The notes under the pieces: generated by a model
What the model was told of the DNA's origin: nothing
What the model saw: the letters and a program-made list of their open reading frames with translations, nothing else
Databases searched by the model: none
NCBI GenBank assembly: GCA_963809895.1
Contig: CAWELD010000010.1
Span: 736,001 to 800,000 of the forward strand
From: an uncultured Gemmatimonadales bacterium
Lineage (GTDB): Bacteria > Gemmatimonadota > Gemmatimonadetes > Longimicrobiales > Gaopeijiaceae
Direction of reading: 5' to 3'
DNA: 64,000 nt
Shown here: piece by piece, positions 17,701 through 27,656 of the stretch
Layout of the letters: each line of letters begins with the position of its first letter
Numbering within the stretch: position 1 is the first letter of the stretch
Made by a program: the position numbers and the translations under genes

Positions 17701-20370
17701 CTATTCGGCCCGCAGCACCTCGGCTGGGTCCATGCTCGCCGCCCGGCGTCCGGGCAGGAACGCCGCCGCCGCGGCCACCAGCGAGAACACCAGCGCGGCG
17801 GCTCCCAACGTGAGAGGGTCGAAGGGCTTCACGCCCAGCAGCTGGCTCTGCACGAACATGCCGGCTCCCACGGCCACCACACCCCCGAGGAGCACGCCGA
17901 GTCCCGTGAGACGCAGCCCTTCGGCCACGATCCGCAGGCGCAGCGCCCCGGGCTCCGCGCCCAGCGCGAGCCTGAGTCCGATCTCGGGCCGTCGCTGAAC
18001 CACGGAGAACGAGATGAGGCCGTAGATGCCCAGGGCCGCCAGGGCCAGAGCCACCAGGCCGAACGCACCGAGAAAGGCCGAGCTCAGGGCCCAGACACCG
18101 GTGGTCTCGTGCACGATGTCCGTCATGGGCCGGATCGTGGGAGGAAGCTCCGGGTCCAGGCGTCGCAGCGTCTCGCGGATGGGATTGGTGAGGCCGGCGA
18201 GCGCGCCCGGAGCCGCGGACACCACAAGAAAGCGCCGGTGGGTGGTGGTGCCGTCCAGGGGTCGGTAGACGTGCGGCTCGGGGGCGCCCGCCAGGCCGGC
18301 CCAGCGCACGTCGCCCGTCACGCCGATCACCGTGGCCCGTTGCACCTGGTCGCGGCCTCCATACGCCAGCGTACGGCCCACGGCCTCGCCATCCGCCCAC
18401 AGTCGACGGGCCAGCCCGGCGCTCACCACGACCGGCTGGGGATCGGTGTCGGCGTCCTCGGGGCGGAACGCACGCCCGGCCAGGAGCGGGATCCGCATGG
18501 CGGCGAAGTAGTCGGCCTCGGCGCGACTGGTGTAGGCCTCGGGACGATCCTCCAGCGGGGCGTCCAGTCCGTCGGGGGTCGTGAAGCGCACCGACGGGAG
18601 CTCGTGGTTCAGGGGCAGGTGAGACGCGGCTCCCACGCTGCGCACGCCCGGGATCGAGGCCAGCGCCTGCCGGGCCTCGCTGAAATAGGCGTTCAGAGAC
18701 GCCGCGTCCGGATAGGCGGCGGCGGCGGGGCTCAGGGTGACCACCAGGCTCCCGGACGCGTCGTAGCCCAGGTCGGTGGACAGCGCGGCGCGCAGGCTCC
18801 GGAGCATGAGTCCCGTGCCCGTGACCAGTACCACGGCCAGCGCGACCTCCGTGACCACCAGGATCCGGCGTCCCCGCGACACACCGCGTCCGCCGCCGGT
18901 GCGTCCGCTCCCCTGTCTGAGCTTGCGCGCGAGATCGCCCCGGGTGGTGGCCAGGGCCGGTGCGAGGCCGAAGAAGAGGGGCGTGGCGAGGCTCACCAGC
19001 GCCGCGAAGGTCAGCACCCGTCCATCGAGGGACACGTCTCCCACCCTGAAGAGCTCGCCGGGAAGGAGCCCGCCGACGGCGCGCATCCCCGCTACCGCGA
19101 GCAGGACGCCACCCAGACCTCCTCCGAGCGCGAGGAGCAGGCCTTCCATCGTGAGTTGCCGCACCAGCCGGACCCGGTCGGCGCCGATGGCCGCGCGCAC
19201 GGCCACCTCGCGACCGCGCACTCCCGATCGCGCCAGAGTCAGGGAGGCCACGTTCACGCAGGCGATGACCAGGACGAAGCTCACGGCGCCCAGCAGAAGC
19301 AGGAAGGTCGGGTGGAGTATGTCCCACGCGAAGTTGAGCGCCTCGCGTAGCGGCTTGAGCGTCACCGTGTCGTAGAGGCCGTCCTGCTCGGGGTGGGCCT
19401 GAGCCAGTCCCGCCTGGACCGCCTGGATCTCTTGCAGCGCAGCCTGTTCGCTCCAGCCGGGGGCCAGGCGACCCACCAGGAGGAGATTCATGCGACTGCG
19501 GGCCGCCCACTCCTGCCGGTCCACCGGCATCCACAGGTCGACGGCGTTGTACGGAAAGTTGAAGTCCCGGGCGAGGACACCCACCACCGTGGTAGGCCGG
19601 CCGTCCAGGCGCAGGGTGCGACCGATGATCGCCGGATCGGCGCCGAACCGGCGTTCCCAGAGGTCCTCACCGATCACCGCGACGGCGGCCGCACCGGGGT
19701 CGGAGTCCATCGGCTGCAGCGTCCGTCCCAGGAGAGCGTCTCTGCCCAGCAGTGGAAACAGGCCGCCCGTGACCCAGGTGGATGCGATCGCTTCGGCGGG
19801 CTCGTCGCCGGCCACGAGGTTCACGCCCCCGTAGACGTAACCTTCCATCTCCGAGAATCCCGAGGTCTGCGAGCGCAGATCCTGGAGCTGGGGTAGCGAG
19901 AAGCGCCCCAGGTCCCAGCCTTCCAGCCGGCTCACGCCGCCCAGGTGCACGATGCGCTCGGCATCGCGGTAGGGCAGGGGCCTCAGCACGTAGGGATTCA
20001 TGAAGCTGAAGACCAGCGTGTCCAGGGCGATCCCCACCGCCAGGGTCAGGAGCACCACCAGCGTGTAGGTGGGGGAGCGTCGCAGCGTCCGCAGCGCGTA
20101 TCCCAGGTCCTGTCGCAATCCGTCGAGTCCCATCCGTCGTCCCTCCTCCGCGTCAGCCCGCGCGCTCTCGCGGGCACAGTAATCCCGGGTGGCCCGAAGG
20201 TCTCCGAACCGGCGCTCGGCTTCGGCGCGGGCGTCGGCGGGGGCCCACCCGTCCGCTTCCAGCTCCCGAGCGCATTGCTCCAGGTGAAAATCCAGCTCCT
20301 CGTCGACATCGGCGCGCGCATCGTCCAGCGAGCCCGGAGGCCTGCGGAAGCGCCGGGGCCAGCGGCTCAC
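17701..20370 (-). CDS. ADOP-type duplicated MacB/FtsX ABC permease
   Basis: DVDEELDFHLE...AERRFG N-terminus, QDLGYALRTL, LVIACVNVASL, REVAVRAAIGA, EIGLRLALGA, DPAEVLRAE. Confidence 0.93.
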   Translation of the reverse strand: MSRWPRRFRRPPGSLDDARADVDEELDFHLEQCARELEADGWAPADARAEAERRFGDLRATRDYCARESARADAEEGRRMGLDGLRQDLGYALRTLRRSPTYTLVVLLTLAVGIALDTLVFSFMNPYVLRPLPYRDAERIVHLGGVSRLEGWDLGRFSLPQLQDLRSQTSGFSEMEGYVYGGVNLVAGDEPAEAIASTWVTGGLFPLLGRDALLGRTLQPMDSDPGAAAVAVIGEDLWERRFGADPAIIGRTLRLDGRPTTVVGVLARDFNFPYNAVDLWMPVDRQEWAARSRMNLLLVGRLAPGWSEQAALQEIQAVQAGLAQAHPEQDGLYDTVTLKPLREALNFAWDILHPTFLLLLGAVSFVLVIACVNVASLTLARSGVRGREVAVRAAIGADRVRLVRQLTMEGLLLALGGGLGGVLLAVAGMRAVGGLLPGELFRVGDVSLDGRVLTFAALVSLATPLFFGLAPALATTRGDLARKLRQGSGRTGGGRGVSRGRRILVVTEVALAVVLVTGTGLMLRSLRAALSTDLGYDASGSLVVTLSPAAAAYPDAASLNAYFSEARQALASIPGVRSVGAASHLPLNHELPSVRFTTPDGLDAPLEDRPEAYTSRAEADYFAAMRIPLLAGRAFRPEDADTDPQPVVVSAGLARRLWADGEAVGRTLAYGGRDQVQRATVIGVTGDVRWAGLAGAPEPHVYRPLDGTTTHRRFLVVSAAPGALAGLTNPIRETLRRLDPELPPTIRPMTDIVHETTGVWALSSAFLGAFGLVALALAALGIYGLISFSVVQRRPEIGLRLALGAEPGALRLRIVAEGLRLTGLGVLLGGVVAVGAGMFVQSQLLGVKPFDPLTLGAAALVFSLVAAAAAFLPGRRAASMDPAEVLRAE

Positions 20371-20738
20371 CGTCGTCCTCCCTCGGACTCGGGGGTCGGC
20401 TGGGGTGCGAGGATACGGAGCACCGCCGCGGCGTAGCGTCGAAAGTCACGTTCCTCGCGGGCGAGCCGGCGCTCACCGGCGGGCGTGAGCCGGTAGAAGC
20501 GAGCGCGCCGGTTGTTGTCCGAGCGACCCCACTCCGAGGTCACGAGCTTCTGGCGGCGCATGCGATGGAGCGCCTGGTAGAGGGCCGCGTCCTGCAGGTC
20601 GACGACCCCGTCCGAGCGTTCGTGAAGCTCGCGGGAGATGCCGAAGCCGTGCTTGGGTCCGTCGACCAATGCGCGCAGGATCAGCAGGTCCACCGTGCCG
20701 GGAAGCACGCTCCGCTCCTGGCCGTCGGTCATGCTCAT
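20367..20738 (-). CDS. PadR-family transcriptional regulator
   Basis: GTVDLLIL...HGFGI...LYQALHRM...NRRARFYRLT; overlaps the permease start. Confidence 0.93.
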   Translation of the reverse strand: MSMTDGQERSVLPGTVDLLILRALVDGPKHGFGISRELHERSDGVVDLQDAALYQALHRMRRQKLVTSEWGRSDNNRRARFYRLTPAGERRLAREERDFRRYAAAVLRILAPQPTPESEGGRR

Positions 20739-20901
20739 CTCACTTTGTGAGGGGAGTCGTCGTATCCCCTACGCTGCGGTGCGCAGTGTGGTTTCAAGAG
20801 AGCCGGGGGTAGCATTCCGGCTGCGGGATGGCCATTCTGCTGTGGGGCCGGAATCCTTCCGTGCCCCAGCGAACGCGACGGCTCGATCCATTCCAACCCT
20901 C

Positions 20902-21600
20902 ATGGCAGCCGAGACTCTCCCGCTGGACATTCTCGTCGTCGACGATCAACCAGAAGTCGTTCAGGTCATCCGCCGTGGCCTGGAGCAGGAGGGGCATCGG
21001 GTGGACCATGCCCACTCCGGCGAGGAAGGGCTGGCCAAAGCCATGGTGGGATCGTACGACGTGGTGATCCTCGACGTCATGCTTCCGGGCATGAACGGCT
21101 TCGAGGTGGCCCGCAAGCTGCGCGACGGAGGAATCACGACGCCGATCCTCATGCTCACGCAGCGGGACACGGAGCGGGACGTCATCCAGGGGCTCGAGCA
21201 GGGCGCCGACGCCTATCTGCCCAAGCCCTTCCGACTGGGTGAGTTGCGGGCGCACCTACGCGCGCTGAAGCGGCGCGTGGGCATGGAGTCCAACACCGTG
21301 CTCCGTTTCGAAGACGTGGAGCTGGACCGCGTGCGTCGAGAAGTGCGGCGGGCCGGCGCTGACGTCCCCCTGACCAACATCGAGTTCAAGCTCCTGGAGA
21401 CGCTCATGCTGCGTCCGGGACGCACCTTCTCGAAGGAGGAGCTCCTGCGCATGGTCTGGGGCCTCACCTTCGACCCGGGCACCGGCGTGCTCAACGTCCA
21501 CCTCGGGAACCTGCGTGGAAAGCTGGAGGAGCGCGGCGAAGACCGCATCATCCAGACCGTTCGCGGCAAGGGATACTGCCTCTCCTTGCGCGAACCCTGA
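20902..21600 (+). CDS. OmpR/PhoB-family response regulator (no adjacent kinase)
   Basis: VVDD, ILDVMLPG, YLPKPF; winged helix LTNIEFKLL...IQTVRGKGY. Confidence 0.92.
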   Translation: MAAETLPLDILVVDDQPEVVQVIRRGLEQEGHRVDHAHSGEEGLAKAMVGSYDVVILDVMLPGMNGFEVARKLRDGGITTPILMLTQRDTERDVIQGLEQGADAYLPKPFRLGELRAHLRALKRRVGMESNTVLRFEDVELDRVRREVRRAGADVPLTNIEFKLLETLMLRPGRTFSKEELLRMVWGLTFDPGTGVLNVHLGNLRGKLEERGEDRIIQTVRGKGYCLSLREP

Positions 21601-21623
21601 TCCCGGCCCACCGGAGCCGAGCC

Positions 21624-22136
21624 GTGCCCGAACCCTCGAATCCCGTGTCCACGGGCTCTCCATCGACACCCGCCCGCGTGCTGTTCGTGTGCATCGAGAA
21701 TGCCAACCGCAGTCAGATGGCGGAGGCGTTCGCCCGCATGGAGGGCGAGGGCGTGCTGGAGCCCTTCAGCGCGGGATCCCGCCCTGCGGGGGTCGTGAAT
21801 CCGCGGGCCGTGGCAGCGCTGGCCGAGGTGGGCTACGACCTGTCCACGCACCGCTCCAAGAGCCTCGACGACGTGCCGCCGGGCCCCTACGACTGGGTGG
21901 TGACCATGGGGTGTGGGGACGCGTGCCCCTGGGTGTCCGCGCGCTTCAGGGAGGACTGGGACCTTCCGGATCCCAAGCATCTCGCCGCCGACGGCTTCCA
22001 CGCCGTTCGCGACGAGATCCGACGCCGGGTCCAGGGGTTGGTCGCCCGGGCCGCCGCGCTCACCCCGGACGCCGGGCTGCCGGGGCCGGACGCCGCGTCC
22101 AGCGCGGGTGCGGACGCCCCCGCCGCCGGTGGCTGA
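21624..22136 (+). CDS. arsC: LMW-PTP-family arsenate reductase
   Basis: LFVCIENANRSQMAE (CX5R), SAGS, TMGCGDACP, DWDLPDP. Confidence 0.85.
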   Translation: MPEPSNPVSTGSPSTPARVLFVCIENANRSQMAEAFARMEGEGVLEPFSAGSRPAGVVNPRAVAALAEVGYDLSTHRSKSLDDVPPGPYDWVVTMGCGDACPWVSARFREDWDLPDPKHLAADGFHAVRDEIRRRVQGLVARAAALTPDAGLPGPDAASSAGADAPAAGG

Positions 22137-22611
22137 AGGCGTCACGCGGGTCGGGATCATCTCGGACACCCACGGACTCCTGCGTCCCGAGGCTCTGGAG
22201 GAGCTCCGTGGCAGCGATGTGATCATCCACGCCGGCGACGTGGGCGAGGCCGCGATCCTGGACGCGCTCGCCCGACTCGCCCCCGTGCACGCGGTACGCG
22301 GGAACGTGGATCGCCGGGGCCGGTGCGGCGAGCTTCCGCTCACGCAGGCGGTGGACGTCGGGGGTCGGCTCCTGTACGTGATCCACATTCTCGACGACCT
22401 TGACGTGGATCCGGTCGTGGCGGGCGTCGACGCGGTGGTGTTCGGCCACACGCACCGTCCCGAGCAGGCCGTGCGGGACGGCGTCCTGTACCTGAATCCG
22501 GGTAGCGCCGGCCCTCGCCGGTTCGATCTTCCGGTGTCGGTGGCGAGATTGGAGGTGTCGCCGCGGGCCCTGGATGCCCGCATCGTGGAGATTCCGGTGT
22601 CCACGACCTGA
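22129..22611 (+). CDS. YfcE/MJ0936-family metallophosphoesterase
   Basis: ISDTHG, HAGD, RGNVD, GHTH, NPGS. Confidence 0.92.
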   Translation: MAEGVTRVGIISDTHGLLRPEALEELRGSDVIIHAGDVGEAAILDALARLAPVHAVRGNVDRRGRCGELPLTQAVDVGGRLLYVIHILDDLDVDPVVAGVDAVVFGHTHRPEQAVRDGVLYLNPGSAGPRRFDLPVSVARLEVSPRALDARIVEIPVSTT

Positions 22612-22633
22612 TCCTCCTCGAACACCCGCCGCC

Positions 22634-23101
22634 GTGCCCAGTCCGCTCCAGCTTCGCCGACTCCAGGAAGATCTGCGCGCCACCATTCCCCTGGTGGAGG
22701 CCATGAACCTCCAGGTTCGGGGCTCCGACGGCGACGGACTCCACATGTGGGCGCCGCTGGCGGCCAACGCCAATCCCCACGGATCGCTCTTCGGCGGCAG
22801 CGCGTCGGCGGTGGCCATCGTGGCCGGCTGGAGCCTGGTGCGTCTGAGGCTGTTGGCCTTGGGGCTCGATCCGACGCTGGTGATCCAGCGCAACACCATG
22901 GAATACGAGGCCCCCGCGCTCGGAGACGTGGACGCACTCGCCCGCTATCCGCACGACGACGCCTGGGACCGTTTCCTGCGCGCGTATCGGCGGCACGGAC
23001 GTGGACGGATCGCGGTGGAGGTGGAGCTCCGGGTCCAGGGAGCGCGGGTGGCGTCGATGACTGCTTGGTACGTGGCGCTGGACGAAGACGACGTGGCCTG
23101 A
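22634..23101 (+). CDS. YiiD C-terminal-like hotdog thioesterase
   Basis: IPLVEAM...APLAANANPHGSLFGGS...GW. Confidence 0.85.
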   Translation: MPSPLQLRRLQEDLRATIPLVEAMNLQVRGSDGDGLHMWAPLAANANPHGSLFGGSASAVAIVAGWSLVRLRLLALGLDPTLVIQRNTMEYEAPALGDVDALARYPHDDAWDRFLRAYRRHGRGRIAVEVELRVQGARVASMTAWYVALDEDDVA

Positions 23102-23123
23102 ACCGGGCGGGACGGCGGCCGAG

Positions 23124-26100
23124 CTACTCCGAACCCCGCCTCACCAGCCGGACCCTGGACTTGCCGAAGAGCCGGCGCAGCTCGGTCAGCGTCTCCTTCG
23201 AGAGCTCGGCGGCCAGGGAGCGGGACCGGAAGCGCGGCGCGGCGACGCCGTTGTCCGACCCCAGCATGAGCTCCACCGGGGCCGGTCCCGGATGGCTCGC
23301 CAGGATCTTGCGGGCGCGGGCGAAGGTCTCGTCCGGGAGCTCCGCACCCAACGGCAACTCGATCTGGAGCGTCAGCCGTCCGGAGGCGGGAAGGGCCTCC
23401 AGCGGCTCGGCGGCGTCCAGGAAGACGGGTGGGTCGTCCTCGTCCCGCTCTCGTCCGCTCACCTGACCCTGGAGGAGCACCACGGCGTCGGTCTGGAGGA
23501 TCTCCTTGCAGGACTGCCAGACCTCCTTGAAGGCGAGCACGGTGGCGGTGCCGTGGAAGTCCTCCACCATGATCTTGCCCCACTCCGAGTTGTCGCGCCG
23601 AGAAATCTGGCGAGACACCCCGGTGACCACGCAGGCCAGCTCCACCTTCTGTCCGGCGTGCTCCTTGAGGTTTCGGGAGTTCACCACGTCGAAGGCCTGC
23701 ACCACGTCGCGGAAGCGGTCCAGCGGGTGCCCGCTGATGAAGAACCCCAGCGCCTCCTTCTCCCGGGCCAGCCGCTCGGGCTCGGGCCAGTCGGGTACCT
23801 CGGGCAGCGCCGGCGCCTGCCGCGCCAGCCCCGGCCCGGCGCCCTCGCCGAAGAGCGAGGCCTGGCCGGCTTCCTCTTCGGCCCGCCGGGTGAGCACTTC
23901 CTGGTACGAGGTGTCGAGCCCGGCCAGGAGCTGGGCCCGGTGGCCGAAGGCGTCCATGGCGCCGGCTGCGATGAGTGCTTCGCAGGCCCGCTTGTTGAGC
24001 GCCCGCACGTCGATGCGCTCCAGGAAGTCGAAGAGCGAGGTGAAGCGGCCGCCTTCCTGGCGCGCCGCGAGCACCGACTTGACGGCCGACGCGCCCACGC
24101 CCCGGACCGCGCCGAGCCCGAAGCGGATCTTGGAGCCCTCGATGGCGGTGAACTTCCAGCCCGACTCGTTCACGTCGGGGGGCAGCACCTCGATGCCGTC
24201 TTCGAGCTTCGGTAGATAGCGAGGTAGATCGCGGCACTCGGCGATGTACTTCACCACGTCGTCGGTCTTGTCCAGCACCGACGACAGCAGCCCGGCCATG
24301 AACTCCGCCGGGTAGTGCGCCTTGAGCCAGGCCGTGTGGTACGAGACCAGGGAATAGGCCGCGCTGTGGCTCTTGTTGAAGCCGTACCGTCCGAACGTCT
24401 CGATCTGCTCGGCCAGATCGCGGGCGGTGCGCTGGTCGACACCGCGCTCCGTGGCGCGCTCGACGAACTTGCCCAGCTCCTGGGCGATGAGCTCGGCGTT
24501 CTTCTTGCCCACCGCCTTCCGCAGCACGTCCGCTTCGCCGAGGCTGAAGCCCGCCAGGACGTTGGCGATGCGCATCACCTGCTCCTGATAGACGATGATG
24601 CCGTAGGTGGGTTCCAGCGTCTTGCGCAGCTCGGGGTGGGGGTAGCGGACCTCTTCCTGGCCGATCTTGCGGCGGATGTAGACGTCCGTCATGCCGGAGT
24701 CCAGCGGCCCGGGACGAATGAGCGCGTTGGTGGCGACCAGGTCTTCGAAGCGGTCGCACTTCATGGCGCGGAGCTTGTCCAGCGCCAACGACGACTCGAA
24801 CTGGAACACGCCGCTGGTGCCGCCACGGGCCAGCATGCGGTAGACCGCCGGATCGTCCAGCGGCACGTCGTCCATGTCGTCGTAGACCTGCCCGGTCTCG
24901 GGATGCTTCAGCGCCCCCACACGCTCCCGGACCATCTCCACCGCGTCGTGGATGACGGTGAGGGTCTTGAGACCCAGGAAGTCCATCTTGAGCATGCCCG
25001 CCTCTTCGAGGCAGTTCATGTCGTACTGGGTGACGGTCATGCCCTCGTCGCCCGCGCCGTTCTTGCCCGACTGCACGCACACCGGGACGTACTCGTCCAG
25101 AGGCCCCGGCGCGATGACCACGCCGGCGGCGTGCACCGAGGCGTGCCGGCTGAGCCCCTCCAGCGTCATGGCGTAGTCGAAGAGGCGGCGATGGCGCTCG
25201 TCCTGCTTGTACAGGTCCCGGACCTCCTTGAGCTGCTCGACGGCCTCCTCGACGGTGAAGCTCTGGCCCGGGGCGTTGGGGATGAGCTTGGCGATGCGGT
25301 CCGTCTCCGAGGGCTCGAACCCCAGCGTGCGCCCCACGTCGCGGATTACCGCCCGGGACTTCATGGTTCCGAAGGTGATGATCTGCCCGACGGCGTCCTT
25401 GCCGTACTTCTGGCGCGTGTACTCGATGACCTCGCTGCGGCGTTCGTAGCAGAAGTCGATGTCCACGTCGGGCATGGACACGCGCTCGGGATTCAGGAAG
25501 CGCTCGAAGAGGAGATCGTGGTCCAGCGGATCCAGGTTCGTGATCCCCAGGGCGTACGCCACCAGCGAGCCGGCGGCGGAGCCCCGGCCCGGCCCCACGG
25601 GAATCCCCTGTTCGCGGGCCCAGGCGATGAAGTCCTGGACGATGAGGAAGTAGCCCGCGTAGCCCGTGCCCTTGATGACGCCGAGCTCGTAGTCCATCCG
25701 TTCCCGGACCTCGTCGCTCAGCGGTTCGCCGTAGCGCTCGCGGGCGCCCTCGAGGGTCAGATGCTCCAGGTAGTCGTTCTCGTCCTGATGACCCTGGGGC
25801 AGGGGGAAGGCGGGCAGGTGGTAGTGCTTCTCGAGGGTCAGGTCCACCTGATCCGCGATGGCGAGGGTGTTCTCCAGCACCTCGGGATGGTCCGGGAAGC
25901 GCTCCGCCATCTCCGGGCCGCTCTTGAAGTAGAGCCCGTCGTCGTAGCGCATCCGGTTGGGATCGTCCCGATCCTTGCCCAGGCCGATGCACAGAAGCAC
26001 GTCGTGCGCCTCGTGATCGTCGTGGGTGAGGAAGTGGGCGTCGTTGGTGGCCACTGCCGGCAGCCCCAGCTCGTCGGCCAGGGCGAAGATCTTCCGGTTG

Positions 26101-26657
26101 AGCTCTGCCTGGCCCTCCGAGTCGTGGCCCTGGACCTCGAGGTAGTAGCGGTCCTTGAAGACCTCCGCGTACCAGGACGCGGCCTCCCGGGCACCTTCGA
26201 CGTCGTCGGCCATGAGATGGCGGGCGACCTCGCCGGCGAGGCAGGCCGAGCTCACGATCAGGCCGCCGGAGTGGGCCTTCAGGACCTCCCGATCCACACG
26301 AGGCTTGTGGTAGAAGCCCTCCGTGTACCCGATGGAGGACAGCTTCACCAGGTTCCGGTAGCCTTCCAGATCCCGGGCCAGCAGCACCAGGTGGTAGTAG
26401 GCCTTCTCACCCTGTCCGGACCGGGAGCGGTCGCGGCGATCTCCCGGCGCCACGTACGCCTCCATGCCCAGGATGGGCTTGAGGCCGTTCTTGTGGGCGG
26501 TCTTCTGGAAGGTCCAGGCTCCGAAGAGGCAGCCGTGGTCGGTGAGGGCCAGGGCCGGCATCTCGAACTCCTTGGCCCGTCGGACCAGGTCGGAGATGCG
26601 GTTGGCCCCGTCGAGGAGGGAGTACTCGGAATGGGTGTGGAGGTGGACGAAGCTCAC
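23124..26657 (-). CDS. dnaE: DNA polymerase III alpha subunit
   Basis: FVHLHTHSEYSLLDG (PHP), GPGRGSAAGS, SMPDVDIDF, KMDFLGL, YGFNKSHSAAY, OB fold; no intein. Confidence 0.98.
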   Translation of the reverse strand: MSFVHLHTHSEYSLLDGANRISDLVRRAKEFEMPALALTDHGCLFGAWTFQKTAHKNGLKPILGMEAYVAPGDRRDRSRSGQGEKAYYHLVLLARDLEGYRNLVKLSSIGYTEGFYHKPRVDREVLKAHSGGLIVSSACLAGEVARHLMADDVEGAREAASWYAEVFKDRYYLEVQGHDSEGQAELNRKIFALADELGLPAVATNDAHFLTHDDHEAHDVLLCIGLGKDRDDPNRMRYDDGLYFKSGPEMAERFPDHPEVLENTLAIADQVDLTLEKHYHLPAFPLPQGHQDENDYLEHLTLEGARERYGEPLSDEVRERMDYELGVIKGTGYAGYFLIVQDFIAWAREQGIPVGPGRGSAAGSLVAYALGITNLDPLDHDLLFERFLNPERVSMPDVDIDFCYERRSEVIEYTRQKYGKDAVGQIITFGTMKSRAVIRDVGRTLGFEPSETDRIAKLIPNAPGQSFTVEEAVEQLKEVRDLYKQDERHRRLFDYAMTLEGLSRHASVHAAGVVIAPGPLDEYVPVCVQSGKNGAGDEGMTVTQYDMNCLEEAGMLKMDFLGLKTLTVIHDAVEMVRERVGALKHPETGQVYDDMDDVPLDDPAVYRMLARGGTSGVFQFESSLALDKLRAMKCDRFEDLVATNALIRPGPLDSGMTDVYIRRKIGQEEVRYPHPELRKTLEPTYGIIVYQEQVMRIANVLAGFSLGEADVLRKAVGKKNAELIAQELGKFVERATERGVDQRTARDLAEQIETFGRYGFNKSHSAAYSLVSYHTAWLKAHYPAEFMAGLLSSVLDKTDDVVKYIAECRDLPRYLPKLEDGIEVLPPDVNESGWKFTAIEGSKIRFGLGAVRGVGASAVKSVLAARQEGGRFTSLFDFLERIDVRALNKRACEALIAAGAMDAFGHRAQLLAGLDTSYQEVLTRRAEEEAGQASLFGEGAGPGLARQAPALPEVPDWPEPERLAREKEALGFFISGHPLDRFRDVVQAFDVVNSRNLKEHAGQKVELACVVTGVSRQISRRDNSEWGKIMVEDFHGTATVLAFKEVWQSCKEILQTDAVVLLQGQVSGRERDEDDPPVFLDAAEPLEALPASGRLTLQIELPLGAELPDETFARARKILASHPGPAPVELMLGSDNGVAAPRFRSRSLAAELSKETLTELRRLFGKSRVRLVRRGSE

Positions 26658-26835
26658 GGGCGCGGGGCGGTCCGGGTTCCGGCGGGGGTGAACGGACCAT
26701 GATACCCTTCCGGGCGCAGGTCGCAAAGCGGGGGCGCAACCCCGTGGCGGCGGGACGCCACGTTCGGGGGGTGTTTGGTGGCGGAGGCCGCCGGGCACGC
26801 CCTTTGCTGATTGATTTCAGTGGGGCCACCGGTGC

Positions 26836-27579
26836 GTGGCCCGGACCTCGAACCGGATCGACGTCGTGACGGATCACTCTTCTTCCCGGGCCGCCTGGGC
26901 CTGGATTCTCGCCGGCGGCGTCGTGTTGTCCGCGGTCGTTCTGGGCTACTCCTTCGTGCACGGACGACGGGCTCCGGGCACGGTGAACGTGGTCGGCTCC
27001 GCCACGGTTCCGTTCACCTCGGACGTGGTGAAGTGGCGAGTGGCGCTGGTGCGGCGGGTTCCCGCGGGTGGCGAGGTCGAGGGCTACGCGCGCCTCAGCG
27101 AAGACCGCACCCGCTTCCTGTCCCGTCTCGCGGACGCCGGCGTGGCCGATCAGGACGTCTCGGTCCAGCCCGTGACCACGAACCCCGTCTTCGACCGTGA
27201 CGGGCAGATCACGGGTCAGCAACTCCGGCAGCCCTTCCTGGTCATCTCCAGCGACATCGACGCCGTGGAGTCGCTGGCCCTGGATCCCGGTGACCTGCTG
27301 AGAGACGGACTGGGGCTGGAGGGATCGCAGCTCGAGTACTTCTACGACGGCATCGCCGAGCTCAAGCACGACCTGCTCGCGCAGGCTTCCGATGACGCCC
27401 GCGCTCGGGCCACAGAGATCGCGGGGGACGGGCTCGGTGCTTTGGAGGAGGCGCGGGCCGGCGTCTTCCAGATCCGCGAGCCCTATTCCACCGAGGTGCA
27501 GGGCTACGGCGTGTACAGCACGGGCACGCGGGCCAAGGAGATCACGGTCACCGTGCACGCCACGTACCGGTTGCGCTGA
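26836..27579 (+). CDS. SIMPL (DUF541) domain protein
   Basis: N-terminal TM; V.G.A..F.SD..KW; LLAQASDDARARA; ARAGVFQI. Confidence 0.85.
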   Translation: MARTSNRIDVVTDHSSSRAAWAWILAGGVVLSAVVLGYSFVHGRRAPGTVNVVGSATVPFTSDVVKWRVALVRRVPAGGEVEGYARLSEDRTRFLSRLADAGVADQDVSVQPVTTNPVFDRDGQITGQQLRQPFLVISSDIDAVESLALDPGDLLRDGLGLEGSQLEYFYDGIAELKHDLLAQASDDARARATEIAGDGLGALEEARAGVFQIREPYSTEVQGYGVYSTGTRAKEITVTVHATYRLR

Positions 27580-27656
27580 GGACGGCGTCCGCAGCACGCG
27601 CGTTCCACCACCCCGTAGGCCTGGCGCCTCGGCCGTCGCCGCTCGAGCTTGGCTCC

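Noticed and set aside
23124..26657. Intein or split in dnaE
   Set aside because: YGFNKSH and other usual insertion points are uninterrupted; length is normal.
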